Source of the DNA: a virus
Strand: one strand, 5' to 3'
Virus record (IMG/VR): IMGVR_UViG_3300045988_152094
DNA length: 35,861 nucleotides
Made by a program: the position numbers and the translations under genes. Within the stretch, counting starts at the first letter, position 1, and the number at the start of each line of letters is the position of its first letter. Below are positions 21,177 through 30,386 of the stretch, one piece after another. The notes below the pieces were generated by a model. It saw only the letters and a program-made list of their open reading frames with translations. It was not told the DNA's origin and did not search any database.

Positions 21177-21404
21177 ATGAACCGAATCCAGTCAGTCGCC
21201 ACGTGGGTCGCGATCGTGTCCCTCATCCTGTCCGCCGTTCTCGCGGGCCTGTACCTCTACCGAGTGGGGCAGACCCCGTCCGACAGTGAGCTGCTGATCC
21301 GGCAGGACGGGTACTCAGTCACCGACACCCCCGCCCACCCCGGGGACCTCGGCCCTAAGGAGGCCATCATCGGTCCGGCCGCAGAAGCCCCGTCATTCGC
21401 CTAA
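21177..21404 (+). CDS. small single-pass membrane protein (75 aa), moron gene 1
   Basis: SD GAAGGGG. N-terminal TM helix VATWVAIVSLILSAVLAGLYLY followed by a Pro/Asp-rich tail. Confidence 0.6.
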   Translation: MNRIQSVATWVAIVSLILSAVLAGLYLYRVGQTPSDSELLIRQDGYSVTDTPAHPGDLGPKEAIIGPAAEAPSFA

Positions 21405-21415
21405 GGAGGCGCACC

Positions 21416-21814
21416 ATGCAGACCACCAGATACAACATATTCAGTGACGGCTCGATCGCCATCGTGACCACCAGAGTCGCCCGCCAAGGAATCGAGGTCA
21501 TCGGAGAGGCGCCGTACCCCCTGATGCCGGGCCAAGACCACAGAGACGTCATCCCCTACGCAGGGCTGCGCAGGCGTACAGAGGACGTGTGCGACCGCCT
21601 CGTCGAAGCCCGTGAGGCACTCATGCGCTGTGGCTACGTATCTGCGTGCCCGATCGCCAACACACTGAACGTCTGCATCCCCCGAACCGGCGGCGAAGAC
21701 TTTCACTGCGCGACCATCTACGGCGACTACAACGGCCTCAGCATCTCTGGGCCCCTGGCCGGGTCGTTGGCCCGAATCCTCGACGCTGAGGGGGTGAGGG
21801 TGCTCGTAGACTGA
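21416..21814 (+). CDS. hypothetical Cys-containing cytoplasmic protein (132 aa), moron gene 2
   Basis: Strong SD AAGGAGG-N7-ATG. Uses codons that are rare for this genome (aga, ata, caa, aca, gta, tct). No domain recognised. Confidence 0.7.
   Translation: MQTTRYNIFSDGSIAIVTTRVARQGIEVIGEAPYPLMPGQDHRDVIPYAGLRRRTEDVCDRLVEAREALMRCGYVSACPIANTLNVCIPRTGGEDFHCATIYGDYNGLSISGPLAGSLARILDAEGVRVLVD
21807..21812 (+). promoter_or_regulatory. late-type box TAGACT, 6 nt before the ATG at 21819
   Basis: gTAGACTgagcatATG. No SD. Confidence 0.3.
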
Positions 21815-21818
21815 GCAT

Positions 21819-22355
21819 ATGGCCGCATACCTCTGCTCTATCGCCGCGCTCGCGCGATCGCTTGGCAAGTCGGAACAAGATCCGAACCTGATCTACGCCG
21901 TCGATCGCGCGAGCTCCCGTTTTCGTTCCGCCGTTGGCCACAACGTCACCAAGGAAACCAAGACCCTGATCCTGGATCCGCCCGCGGGGGAGACGCTGCT
22001 TCTGCCGGTCAAGGGCATCGCCTCCCTTACCGTCAAGCTGGGCGGGATCCAGCTGGAGCACCTCATCTACTCCCCGCGCACAGGCGCCCTTCGCCGGCAC
22101 GGGGGCTGGGGCACCGAACTAGGAACCATCGAGGTTACGTACACCGCGGGTAGCGACGAAGTCCCCGAGGACGTGGCGGACGCGGTGGCGGAGCAGGCAG
22201 CCAGCATCTATGCCACCCTCGCAACGCCGGGCGTACAGCAGATCAGCCAGGGGGTCCGGTCTATCACCTTCGGCACAGCGTCCACGGTGGGCACCACACA
22301 GCGGTGGACCGAAGCGGTTGAGCGCCATCGTCTCGACGGGCAGGGCGTCCTATGA
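21819..22355 (+). CDS. head-tail adaptor (gp6-like connector) (178 aa)
   Basis: An N-terminal pattern (LCSIAALARSLGKSEQDPNLIYAVDRASSRFRSAVG) typical of gp6-like connectors. First of four short genes between capsid and major tail. Confidence 0.65.
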   Translation: MAAYLCSIAALARSLGKSEQDPNLIYAVDRASSRFRSAVGHNVTKETKTLILDPPAGETLLLPVKGIASLTVKLGGIQLEHLIYSPRTGALRRHGGWGTELGTIEVTYTAGSDEVPEDVADAVAEQAASIYATLATPGVQQISQGVRSITFGTASTVGTTQRWTEAVERHRLDGQGVL

Positions 22356-22705
22356 GCGTGTGGTCGACGCTGTTTGGCGCGGAGACCCTCACAGTCACCG
22401 AGCCGGTAGAGACCGAGGACGCCCACGGCGCCCCAAGGAGGACGTACCCCGCGGCCGCATCTCGCCGAATCGACGGAGTCGATGTCCAGGCGGGCCCTAC
22501 GGGCGAGGACAACTCCCATCGGGAGGGGGAGTCTTGGGATCAGGTCGCCTATGTGGACTCTGCTGCTGTAGCCTCACTGACGAAGCACGCACGCATCGAG
22601 TGGCGCGGGCAGGCATACCGGCTCGTCGGGCCGGTCCGAATCATGACCGGAGCGGGGCTTACGCCCGACGCTGCGGTGCTCAACCTACGACGCTGGGAGG
22701 GCTGA
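22352..22705 (+). CDS. head closure / head-tail joining protein (117 aa)
   Basis: Call rests on synteny and size. ATGA overlap with the upstream gene. Confidence 0.6.
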   Translation: MSVWSTLFGAETLTVTEPVETEDAHGAPRRTYPAAASRRIDGVDVQAGPTGEDNSHREGESWDQVAYVDSAAVASLTKHARIEWRGQAYRLVGPVRIMTGAGLTPDAAVLNLRRWEG

Positions 22706-23001
22706 TGGGGTCAGTCAAGATCGAGTTCCACTACGACGGGTTCAACGAGCTGCGAAAGTCGTTCCAGTCCGAGATAGACGCGCTGGGCGAGGGGTTCGCA
22801 GCGAGCGCGTGCGCGATGGCGGAGCAGACTGAGGGGGACTCGGTGCGAGGCGGGCAGCCCGATGCCTCGGAAGAGCCCTTTGAGTACGAGTCGAAGCCCA
22901 ACGCCACCCGCGCCCGCGGCGTCGTCAAGACCGCCACCTTCAAGGGGCGGCGGGCCCAGGCCAGAGACGACGTTCTCACGCGAGCGGTACTTGGGGGCTG
23001 A
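22705..23001 (+). CDS. neck / tail completion protein (HK97 gp10-like position) (98 aa)
   Basis: Start at MGSVKIEF in a TGATG overlap. Call rests on synteny only. Confidence 0.5.
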   Translation: MGSVKIEFHYDGFNELRKSFQSEIDALGEGFAASACAMAEQTEGDSVRGGQPDASEEPFEYESKPNATRARGVVKTATFKGRRAQARDDVLTRAVLGG

Positions 23002-23003
23002 CT

Positions 23004-23408
23004 ATGCCGCAGCTGATGCTCCCTAAGGACGCGCTGCCGCCCCTCATCGCCGCGCTCCGCACAGAGTGTCCCAAAACCGTGGGCGCCCCGGTCTCGGTCT
23101 CGACCATTCTGCCCAAGGATCCAGGGGCTGGGAACACGATCCACGTGTACGTGGCCGGGGGCTACCCCAAGAGCATGGTGTCCTCGGTGTCCGTGGTGCT
23201 GATGCACTGCTACGCGGCTGACGGGCCTGCAGCGCAGCGCCTCGCGGCGACCGCTGCCGCTGTCGTCGCGCTCGACCGTCAGGAGTGGCACTCGGGCCGC
23301 GTGCAGAGCGGGCCCTACGACAACCCGCACCCGGACTACCCGCACCTGCATCGGTACTCGGTGCAGTGTGAGGTCACCACGGAGTCCGAGCGCGTCGACG
23401 TAGACTAG
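23004..23408 (+). CDS. tail terminator protein (134 aa)
   Basis: Last short gene before the major tail protein. Call rests on size and synteny. Confidence 0.55.
   Translation: MPQLMLPKDALPPLIAALRTECPKTVGAPVSVSTILPKDPGAGNTIHVYVAGGYPKSMVSSVSVVLMHCYAADGPAAQRLAATAAAVVALDRQEWHSGRVQSGPYDNPHPDYPHLHRYSVQCEVTTESERVDVD
23401..23406 (+). promoter_or_regulatory. late-type box TAGACT upstream of the major tail gene (leadered)
   Basis: gTAGACTaggacc overlaps the stop of 23004..23408. It is followed by a stem-loop and SD AAGGAGG. Confidence 0.3.
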
Positions 23409-23425
23409 GACCAAGCCCGCCCGAG

Positions 23426-23442
23426 GTGCGGGGACCCCGCAC
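23426..23442 (+). other. short GC stem-loop in the major tail leader
   Basis: GTGCGGG gac CCCGCAC, a 7-bp stem with a 3-nt loop. No U tract follows. Confidence 0.4.
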
Positions 23443-23457
23443 AACAAGGAGGACTGA

Positions 23458-24036
23458 ATGCCCGTCAACGGCAAGAGCGACGCCTCAAACGTCATCGCCC
23501 CGAAGCCAATGTCCGTTATCGGCGGTGTGTTTGTGTGCACCACCGAGGACGCCAAGAAGATCACCGCCCACGTCGACCTCGCCAACGCTCCAACCGGCGT
23601 AACGCTCGAGGCGATCGGCTACCTCACGGACGCAGGCCCGAAGCGGTCGATCTCCAACTCCACATCGAAGGTGAAGGCCTGGGGCGGCGACGTCATCCTG
23701 TCCACTCGCGAAGGCGCCGAGGCCTCGGTGGAGATCCCCGTCGCTGAGTACCTGAACGTGACCGGCCACAAGCTCGTCTACGGCGACGCCAACGTCGAGA
23801 AGAACGGCAAGAACATCACAATCAAGGGCAAGCTCAACGAGATCCCTCCGCACCGCGGCATTGTGGTTGTCGTCAACACTGACGTGGCCCGTGGCACCAT
23901 TGTCTACGATGATGCACAGGCCGTCATCGATGGCGACGTCGAGATGAACGGCAAGGACATCATGTCCAACACCCTGAAGCTTGACCTGTTCCCGGTAGAC
24001 GGCTGTTTCTACCGCGAGTTCTGGGTGAAGAACTGA
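23458..24036 (+). CDS. major tail protein (192 aa)
   Basis: Strong SD AAGGAGG. Size and position immediately before the G/G-T chaperone pair. Confidence 0.8.
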   Translation: MPVNGKSDASNVIAPKPMSVIGGVFVCTTEDAKKITAHVDLANAPTGVTLEAIGYLTDAGPKRSISNSTSKVKAWGGDVILSTREGAEASVEIPVAEYLNVTGHKLVYGDANVEKNGKNITIKGKLNEIPPHRGIVVVVNTDVARGTIVYDDAQAVIDGDVEMNGKDIMSNTLKLDLFPVDGCFYREFWVKN

Positions 24037-24067
24037 CATACCGCAACCCAACCGAGAGGATAACCCA

Positions 24068-24427
24068 ATGAGTAAGCCCGCAGCAGGCGCCTTCCTTGTG
24101 CCCGGAGCTAAGGCAGACAAGGCTGAGAACCGCTTTGTCTTCCGCATCCCCGGCGAGAAGGAGGATCGATCCCTGCCCCTCCTGAAGCACATCAAGGCGT
24201 CCTACCGCCGACGTCTCACCGAGGTCTCTCGTCGCCTGAAGGACGAGAACGCCTCCGAGGACGCTCAGGCGCTCGCGCGCCTCGAGGCTGAGTCCATCCA
24301 GTTCGAGACTATCGAGGACTACTGCCCCGGCCTGACCGACGCGGTGTCCAGCGACCAGCTGGAGGCGATCATCGCCGCTTGGGGTGAGGCGTCGGGCACC
24401 TCAGTGGGGGAATCCTCGGCCTCCTGA
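24068..24427 (+). CDS. tail assembly chaperone G (119 aa)
   Basis: SD GAGAGGA. Position between major tail protein and tape measure. Acidic C-terminal half. Confidence 0.75.
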   Translation: MSKPAAGAFLVPGAKADKAENRFVFRIPGEKEDRSLPLLKHIKASYRRRLTEVSRRLKDENASEDAQALARLEAESIQFETIEDYCPGLTDAVSSDQLEAIIAAWGEASGTSVGESSAS

Positions 24428-24810
24428 CGGAGGCCTACCGCTATGAGAGTGCGGTGAGGTCCGATTTGCTCAGGACGGGGCGGTCGCTCGACGACGTGTG
24501 GAGCGGCCGCCTCTCCTGGCAGGATCTAAAGGCGTACCTCACCTGTCCACAACCGGGGTCCTGCCTGGCTATAGCTCGGGGCGCCTGGTCGCCCAACGAA
24601 CACATGCAGTCGCTCGTTGTGCACCTCCTGCGCATCCTGTCGTGGCAGACCGCCGGAGACAAGCGTGTGGACCCCCCGGAGTACATGCCCGTTACAAGCC
24701 TGATCCGCCCGCCCGAGTCCGAGGCTGACAACGCCTCGCCGTACGGCGAGGGCACTACGATTGAAGAGATGCGACGCATCCTGAACCTTCCGGAGGACCT
24801 TGATGGCTGA
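24068..24810 (+). CDS. tail assembly chaperone G-T, predicted -1 frameshift product (join 24068..24409, 24409..24810; about 247 aa)
   Basis: The -1 frame is open from 24388 to 24810 and has no good start of its own. The only slippery candidate in the 40-nt overlap is GGGGGAA at 24406-24412. The T part (LSWQDLKAYL...) ends inside the tape measure start. Confidence 0.6.
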
Positions 24811-27418
24811 CGGGCCCAAGCTCGCGACCGCGTACTACGAACTGATCGCCGCATCCCCCGGCGCCGAGAAGCAGATCACTGACATACTCCTTCCGGCAGC
24901 CGCAGGGGCGGGTAAATCTGCGGGGGTGTCAGCCGGCGAAGCCATTGGCGAGGGCGGTGCCGAGGGCGGGTCCAAGTTCGGCAGCCTCTTCGGCGAGAAG
25001 TTGCAGGGCGCCATCAACCCCACGTTGATCGCTGCGGCCCTCGGAACCGCAGCGATCGGGGTCGGCAAGGCGCTGTACGACATCGGGGCCGAGTTCGATG
25101 ACATGTCGGACACCATCCGCGCCGGGACCGGAGCCACGGGCGAGGCCCTGGAGAGCCTGGAGAAGAGCGCACAGAAGGTCGCCACGACTGTGCCCACCAC
25201 GTTCGAGGACGCGGGCCAGACAGTCGCAGACCTCAACACCCGCCTCGGCCTCACCGGGGATGAGCTCGAGACCGTGGCGGAGCAGGTCATCGCCGCCGGA
25301 GACCTCTTTGGGGAGAAGCTTGACATCAACAAGCTCTCCTCCGCGATGTCCGCCTTCGCCATCCCGGCCAGCGAGACTTCCGAAGTCATGGACGAGCTAT
25401 TCCGCGTCAGCCAGGCCACCGGGGTGTCAATCAACACCCTCGCTGAGTCCTCGGCCAAGGCGGCCCCAACGCTGGGCAACATGGGCTTCGACATCGAGGA
25501 CGTCGCGTCCATGGTCGGCCTTCTCGACAAGGCAGGTCTCAACTCCACGGCCACCATCTCCGCCATGGGCAAGGGGATGGTCTCCCTTGCCAAGGACGGG
25601 GAGGCCCCAAAGGACGCCTTCACCCGAGTCATCGGGGAGATCGACAACCTCGTCAAGTCCGGAGACCAAGCCGCAGCGCTCACCCAGGCGGGCAAGATCT
25701 TCGGCACCAAGGGGGCCCCGCAGTTCCTCGAGGCGTTGCAGGCGGGGGCGTTCGACCTCAGCACCCTGCGCGACTCCATCGGGGCCACAGGAGACACCAT
25801 CTTGGGGGTTCAGGCGGAGACGGCCGACGGGCCCGAGAAGTTCCAGATCGCTGTGAACAAGGTGAAGGTTGCGCTGCAACCGCTCGCCACCACTGTGTTT
25901 GACGGGGTTGCGACGGCGCTCGACTGGCTGACACCCAAGCTGGAAACCTTCATGGCCTGGGTCAGCGAGAACCCGCAGCTCGTCCAGGGACTGGCGGTGG
26001 CTCTAGGCATCCTGTCTGCCGCCATCTTTGTGGCCGCGGCAGCCCAGTGGGCAATGAATAGCGCCTTGCTGGCATCGCCTATTACCTGGATCATCGTCGG
26101 AATCGGGGCCATAGTCGCCGCCATCGCGCTACTGGTGCTTAACTGGGACTCGGTGTGGCCGGTCCTCGTGGGCGCGTGGGATGCCATTGTCGCAGCGTGG
26201 CAGGTGGCTTGGGACTGGATCTCCGGCTTCTTCTCAGGAATCTGGGACGGTGTCACCACGTTTATCATGGGGATCCCAGATGCGATCATGAATTTCCTGT
26301 CGGGCATTTGGGACTCGATCACCACGTTTTTCCAGCAGATGTGGGACGGGCTTGTCGAGTTCATCACGAACATCCCGAGCATGATCATGTCTGGCCTCGG
26401 GACCATCTGGGACGGCCTGGGGGCCCTGTGGTCCATGGCCTGGGAGGGCATCAAACAGATACTCATCATGTCCCTGTCGGGGCTCCTGTTTGTCATCATC
26501 GGCATCCCGCAGCTCGCCCTCACGTTCCTCAAGGAGCTGTGGAACGACCTGCCAGCTATCTGGAACGCGGTGTGGACTGGGATCACGTCCTTCATCTCGA
26601 ATACCTGGAACGGGCTGGTCAACACGGTGAAGTCCGTGGGATCCTCGGTCGTTAACTTCGCAGTGAACCTGTGGAACAACCTCCCCGCCATCTGGAACTC
26701 CATCTGGAATGGCATCACGTCCTTCTTCTCGGGCATCTGGAACGGCCTTCTCAACACCGCGTCCAACATCGGGAACAACATAATCAACTTCCTGGTAAAC
26801 CTGTGGAACTCGATCCCTGGGCTGTGGTCCTCAGCGTGGAACAACATCAAGAGCCTCGTCACGTCCGCGGTAACGGCCATGTACAACGAGGCCAAGAATG
26901 AGGCCAACAACATGCTGAACTGGTTCAAGGAGCTCCCGGGCAAGATCAAGGACTTCTTCTCCAACGCGGGGAGCTGGCTCCTCGATGCGGGTAAGAACAT
27001 CATCAACGGCTTCCTGAACGGCCTCAAGCAGGCGTTCACCAACGTCCAGGACTGGGTCGGCGGGATCGGTGACTGGATCAAGGACCACAAGGGGCCGAGG
27101 GCTTACGACCTCCGACTCCTCGTGCCCGCCGGCGGCTGGATCATGGACGGCCTCCAGACAGGTCTGCGGGGCGCTATGCCCGAGCTCGAGCGGACGATGC
27201 GGGACATCACCAACGGCATCAAGGTCGGCTTCGAGGACCCGGCGGCCCGGACGGCCTGGAAGGTGAGCCGCGGGTTCAGTCCCGACGTCGAGCAGGGTGC
27301 AGCGGCGCCTAGCGGCGTGCAGCCCACGATCAACATCACGAACCACTACCCGCAGAAGCAGGAGGACTGGAAGACACGGAGCGACGTCGCGCAGGGCATC
27401 GCACTGGCGCTCTCCTAA
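24803..27418 (+). CDS. tape measure protein (871 aa)
   Basis: SD GGAGG sits 6 nt before the ATG at 24803. Long Ala/Gly-rich helical N-terminus, TM-like central segment, and W-rich repeats. Position after G/G-T. Confidence 0.9.
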   Translation: MADGPKLATAYYELIAASPGAEKQITDILLPAAAGAGKSAGVSAGEAIGEGGAEGGSKFGSLFGEKLQGAINPTLIAAALGTAAIGVGKALYDIGAEFDDMSDTIRAGTGATGEALESLEKSAQKVATTVPTTFEDAGQTVADLNTRLGLTGDELETVAEQVIAAGDLFGEKLDINKLSSAMSAFAIPASETSEVMDELFRVSQATGVSINTLAESSAKAAPTLGNMGFDIEDVASMVGLLDKAGLNSTATISAMGKGMVSLAKDGEAPKDAFTRVIGEIDNLVKSGDQAAALTQAGKIFGTKGAPQFLEALQAGAFDLSTLRDSIGATGDTILGVQAETADGPEKFQIAVNKVKVALQPLATTVFDGVATALDWLTPKLETFMAWVSENPQLVQGLAVALGILSAAIFVAAAAQWAMNSALLASPITWIIVGIGAIVAAIALLVLNWDSVWPVLVGAWDAIVAAWQVAWDWISGFFSGIWDGVTTFIMGIPDAIMNFLSGIWDSITTFFQQMWDGLVEFITNIPSMIMSGLGTIWDGLGALWSMAWEGIKQILIMSLSGLLFVIIGIPQLALTFLKELWNDLPAIWNAVWTGITSFISNTWNGLVNTVKSVGSSVVNFAVNLWNNLPAIWNSIWNGITSFFSGIWNGLLNTASNIGNNIINFLVNLWNSIPGLWSSAWNNIKSLVTSAVTAMYNEAKNEANNMLNWFKELPGKIKDFFSNAGSWLLDAGKNIINGFLNGLKQAFTNVQDWVGGIGDWIKDHKGPRAYDLRLLVPAGGWIMDGLQTGLRGAMPELERTMRDITNGIKVGFEDPAARTAWKVSRGFSPDVEQGAAAPSGVQPTINITNHYPQKQEDWKTRSDVAQGIALALS
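26537..26870. repeat. 132-bp (44-aa) tandem repeat in the tape measure, 2.5 copies (LWN.LPAIWN..W.GITSF..)
   Basis: CTGTGGAAC restarts at 26537, 26669 and 26801. The protein segments ELWNDLPAIWNAVWTGITSFISNTWNGLVNT and NLWNNLPAIWNSIWNGITSFFSGIWNGLLNT align. Confidence 0.85.
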
Positions 27419-27419
27419 G

Positions 27420-27425
27420 TAGACT
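27420..27425 (+). promoter_or_regulatory. late-type box TAGACT, 6 nt before the ATG at 27432
   Basis: taagTAGACTgggtccATG. No SD. Confidence 0.3.
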
Positions 27426-27431
27426 GGGTCC

Positions 27432-28247
27432 ATGGCCCACGACTCATACGCAATCGACGGCATCCCGCTGGATGAACCAGCAGGACGCTGGCGACTAACA
27501 TCCAAGACCGAGCTTCCGCAGTGGGGCTCAATGGTCTCCCCCAGTGCCAAAATTCCTCACCGCAACGGCGTTCTCCCGATCGCGCCGATTGCCGCCGGGG
27601 TGTCCACGGTGAAGCTAGAGATCCTCATTCCGGCGGCTCACCAGACCATCGGGTTGCGCACCCTCCGGGCGATCACGGGCGCCAGGTCCCTCCACCTCAT
27701 GGCGTGGACACGTGCTTCCGGGGACGAGACCCTGGAGGCCGACGTGCGAGTGTCCTCGTCGGTCTCGGTGAAGGAGCACGGTGTGGACGGGGACCTGCTG
27801 GTCTCCTTCACGGTCGAGGCCGTCGATGGCGAGTGGCGCAAGAAGGTCCCAGAAAAGGTCGACGTGGGGACCAACAAGCGGAAGTCCTTCCCGATCATCA
27901 CGGGGAAGGACGCTCTGGTGCCCGCCATCGCGGTGAAGGCGGACACGGACGGGGGCACCGTAACGGTGCGCGACACTATCGGCCCGTCCGCCATGTCTGT
28001 CGGGCGGGTGCCCAGCACCTCCTGGCTCCTGGTCGACACGGAGAACTGGGATGTCCGCAACATTCCCACGGGCAAGGAGCAGACCGCTGGGGAGGACGAC
28101 GTCAGCCGCATGCCCCGGGCCGAGCGGTCCACCCCGACGTTGTCGATAACGCCCGGCGGGTTCCGGCTGGCTCAGCGCTCCGACGGCGACGGCGTGGTTG
28201 AGGTAGTCGGGGGATCAGCACTCCTGTGGTGGAAGGGGGCGTACTGA
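27432..28247 (+). CDS. distal tail protein (Dit-like) (271 aa)
   Basis: First gene after the tape measure. Size is typical of siphovirus Dit. Confidence 0.65.
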   Translation: MAHDSYAIDGIPLDEPAGRWRLTSKTELPQWGSMVSPSAKIPHRNGVLPIAPIAAGVSTVKLEILIPAAHQTIGLRTLRAITGARSLHLMAWTRASGDETLEADVRVSSSVSVKEHGVDGDLLVSFTVEAVDGEWRKKVPEKVDVGTNKRKSFPIITGKDALVPAIAVKADTDGGTVTVRDTIGPSAMSVGRVPSTSWLLVDTENWDVRNIPTGKEQTAGEDDVSRMPRAERSTPTLSITPGGFRLAQRSDGDGVVEVVGGSALLWWKGAY

Positions 28248-30382
28248 TGGCGCGCTCAGGACAGCCGAGGATGATGCTCCGCGCGGTCGCGTACGGCGCG
28301 TACGGCGGCGACCGCATCGGGGTGCTCCACAAGGCCACGAAGATCACGCTGACTACCTCCGTGTCCGGGGTGCCGACGCTGAAGCTCACGCATGCTGAGA
28401 CGCCGACCCCGGCGCTTGAGGAGGAGAACGAGATCGCCGTTGAGGTGTCCCACGACGGCGGGCGCACCTGGACCGAGCCCCCTGGCGGGCGCTTCCTCAT
28501 TCGCAAGACGACGTGGAACCTCCTGTCCGACGGGACCAAGGCACGCACCGTCGACTGCGTGCACATCAGCGCACGCCTCAAGCAGGCCCTTGTGTGGGAG
28601 GAGAACTTCCGGCTGCGCAAGGATCCCAACAAGCCCGCACAGGGGAGCTCCACCACCGACGTGCCTGCGGACCTGTTCATCCAGACCTGGATCAAGGCCC
28701 GGGCCCGCGGGTGGGGGAGCGGGCTCTCCTTCCGGGGCGCGCCCACAGCGGACGCCAATGGCGCGGCCTGGAAGAAGTTCCCCAGCGTCATGGGCATGGA
28801 GGTGAAGTGGACCGCCACTCTCTGGTCTATGCTCGAGGGCTTCCAGAAGATCGGGGCCATCCTCCCACGATGGGAGGGCCGGGAGCTCGTGCTGGCGCCC
28901 CCACCGAGTCAGCCGTTCGAGTCCCTCCACCCCAAGCGCTGGCCCGCTGGACGCTCCAGCGGCGGAACCAACTCCCTGTCCTGGGCAGACATCGCCACCG
29001 CGGTGCACGTCCTCGGCAAGGGCGGCGCCAGGTACAAGGTGAAGGTCCCCACGGACCCGAATTTCGACCCGCGCGAGGGGCGGGAGATCTCCCTCGAGGC
29101 TAACTGGGTCGACTCGCAGGGCACGGCAGAGCTTGCTGCACAGGAGGCCCTGCTGGACCGGTCCAAGCCCAAGGAGGAGATTGTCCGCGACTGGGAGGCG
29201 TCCCAGCCCGGGGCCCTCCTGCCATGGCTCGACTACAACGTCGGGGACTGGTTCTGGGTGGAGCACGCCGCCGGCAAGGACCAGTGGCTAAGGGCCGTGC
29301 AGGTGCAGGTCGACTACTCAGGCGGCGTGTGCTCGGGGTCGACTATCTTCGGAACCCGCATCGCGGACGCGCAGACTCGCCTGGCCCAGTCTGTGGCAGC
29401 CACCAAGCAGTCCACAGGCACCGCGGCCACCTCGACGGCGGAGCCTGTGCGGTCCCGCTCGTCTCAGAACAAGGTGCCGCAGAAGCCCGCCACAATCAAG
29501 GCCAGCACCCTTGAGGTCAAGGGCACCGTCACGGACACGGGCACTGGCCTGACGACGCTCGTTGAGCTTAACTGGCCGGTGCCGAAGCTTGACGCGAGCG
29601 GCGCCGAGCTCAAGGACAAGATTGTCGAGTACACGGTGCGCGTGGCCCGTGTCCGCAACTATGACGTCAACGGCGTCAAGGAGTGGACCGAGCAGACCCA
29701 GCTTCTCGCCACTACTAACCGCATCTCCTGGGGGGAGGCCGAGATCGGGCAGCGGTACCTGTTCTGGGTCCAGGCCAGGACGGATCAGCGCATCCCCAGT
29801 GACTGGGACGACAATGGACAGATGCTGCTGCTTGAGTGGGAGCAGCCGCCCACGCCCACTGCGGCGCGCCCGTACCTGACATCCAAGATGGGTGTCGCCA
29901 CGATCGACTTCGTTCCTCGGGATAACCGCGCGAACCCTATCCCGTGGTGGGTCGACAGGTGGCAGTACTCCATGGTCCTCTCGACCGCCACGGAGCCCGA
30001 AGGCGGGTGGACTCCGGACGGGACCTTCAGCAAGGGCGTCCTCAACATCCAGGTGCCCAAGACGGAGGGGCTGAGATACACCCTCAGGGTCAGGCTCCTA
30101 GCCCAGAACGGGGCTGCGGGCCCGTGGTCGCAGGGGCGGACCGCCACCATCGCGACGGCGATCGACACCGAGGAGCTGGTGAAGAGGCTGCAGGGGTCCA
30201 AGGAGCTCATCGATGGCGCTAAGGCCGCCGTCGATGCGGACCTCCGGGCGATGCGCGAGGCACAGGAGCGGCTCGCGGGGGCCATGTGGGGCGGTCAGTA
30301 CCCGCCTGACGAGGGCTCACCTGGGGAGTCACTGTGGCTTGCGCCCACTGGGGACGTCTACCGGATGAAGTCCCACTACTGA
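28247..30382 (+). CDS. tail-associated / baseplate hub protein (Tal-like minor tail protein) (711 aa)
   Basis: Start at MARSGQP in a TGATG overlap with Dit. Second gene after the tape measure. The C-terminal half contains FN3-like segments (LVELNWPVPKLD...YTVRVARV). Confidence 0.65.
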   Translation: MARSGQPRMMLRAVAYGAYGGDRIGVLHKATKITLTTSVSGVPTLKLTHAETPTPALEEENEIAVEVSHDGGRTWTEPPGGRFLIRKTTWNLLSDGTKARTVDCVHISARLKQALVWEENFRLRKDPNKPAQGSSTTDVPADLFIQTWIKARARGWGSGLSFRGAPTADANGAAWKKFPSVMGMEVKWTATLWSMLEGFQKIGAILPRWEGRELVLAPPPSQPFESLHPKRWPAGRSSGGTNSLSWADIATAVHVLGKGGARYKVKVPTDPNFDPREGREISLEANWVDSQGTAELAAQEALLDRSKPKEEIVRDWEASQPGALLPWLDYNVGDWFWVEHAAGKDQWLRAVQVQVDYSGGVCSGSTIFGTRIADAQTRLAQSVAATKQSTGTAATSTAEPVRSRSSQNKVPQKPATIKASTLEVKGTVTDTGTGLTTLVELNWPVPKLDASGAELKDKIVEYTVRVARVRNYDVNGVKEWTEQTQLLATTNRISWGEAEIGQRYLFWVQARTDQRIPSDWDDNGQMLLLEWEQPPTPTAARPYLTSKMGVATIDFVPRDNRANPIPWWVDRWQYSMVLSTATEPEGGWTPDGTFSKGVLNIQVPKTEGLRYTLRVRLLAQNGAAGPWSQGRTATIATAIDTEELVKRLQGSKELIDGAKAAVDADLRAMREAQERLAGAMWGGQYPPDEGSPGESLWLAPTGDVYRMKSHY

Positions 30383-30386
30383 CCGA

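Noticed and set aside
21401-21868. A 155-aa minus-strand ORF antisense to moron gene 21416..21814.
   Set aside because: The plus-strand gene has a strong AAGGAGG SD and fits the operon. The antisense ORF has no signals and would run against the whole late arm.
24835-27090. Long minus-strand ORFs (24835..25800, 321 aa; 25810..27090, 426 aa) antisense to the tape measure gene.
   Set aside because: These are shadow ORFs typical of high-GC DNA. Their products are low-complexity and Ser/Pro/Ala/Met-rich. They have no start signals and fully overlap a gene with clear function and synteny.
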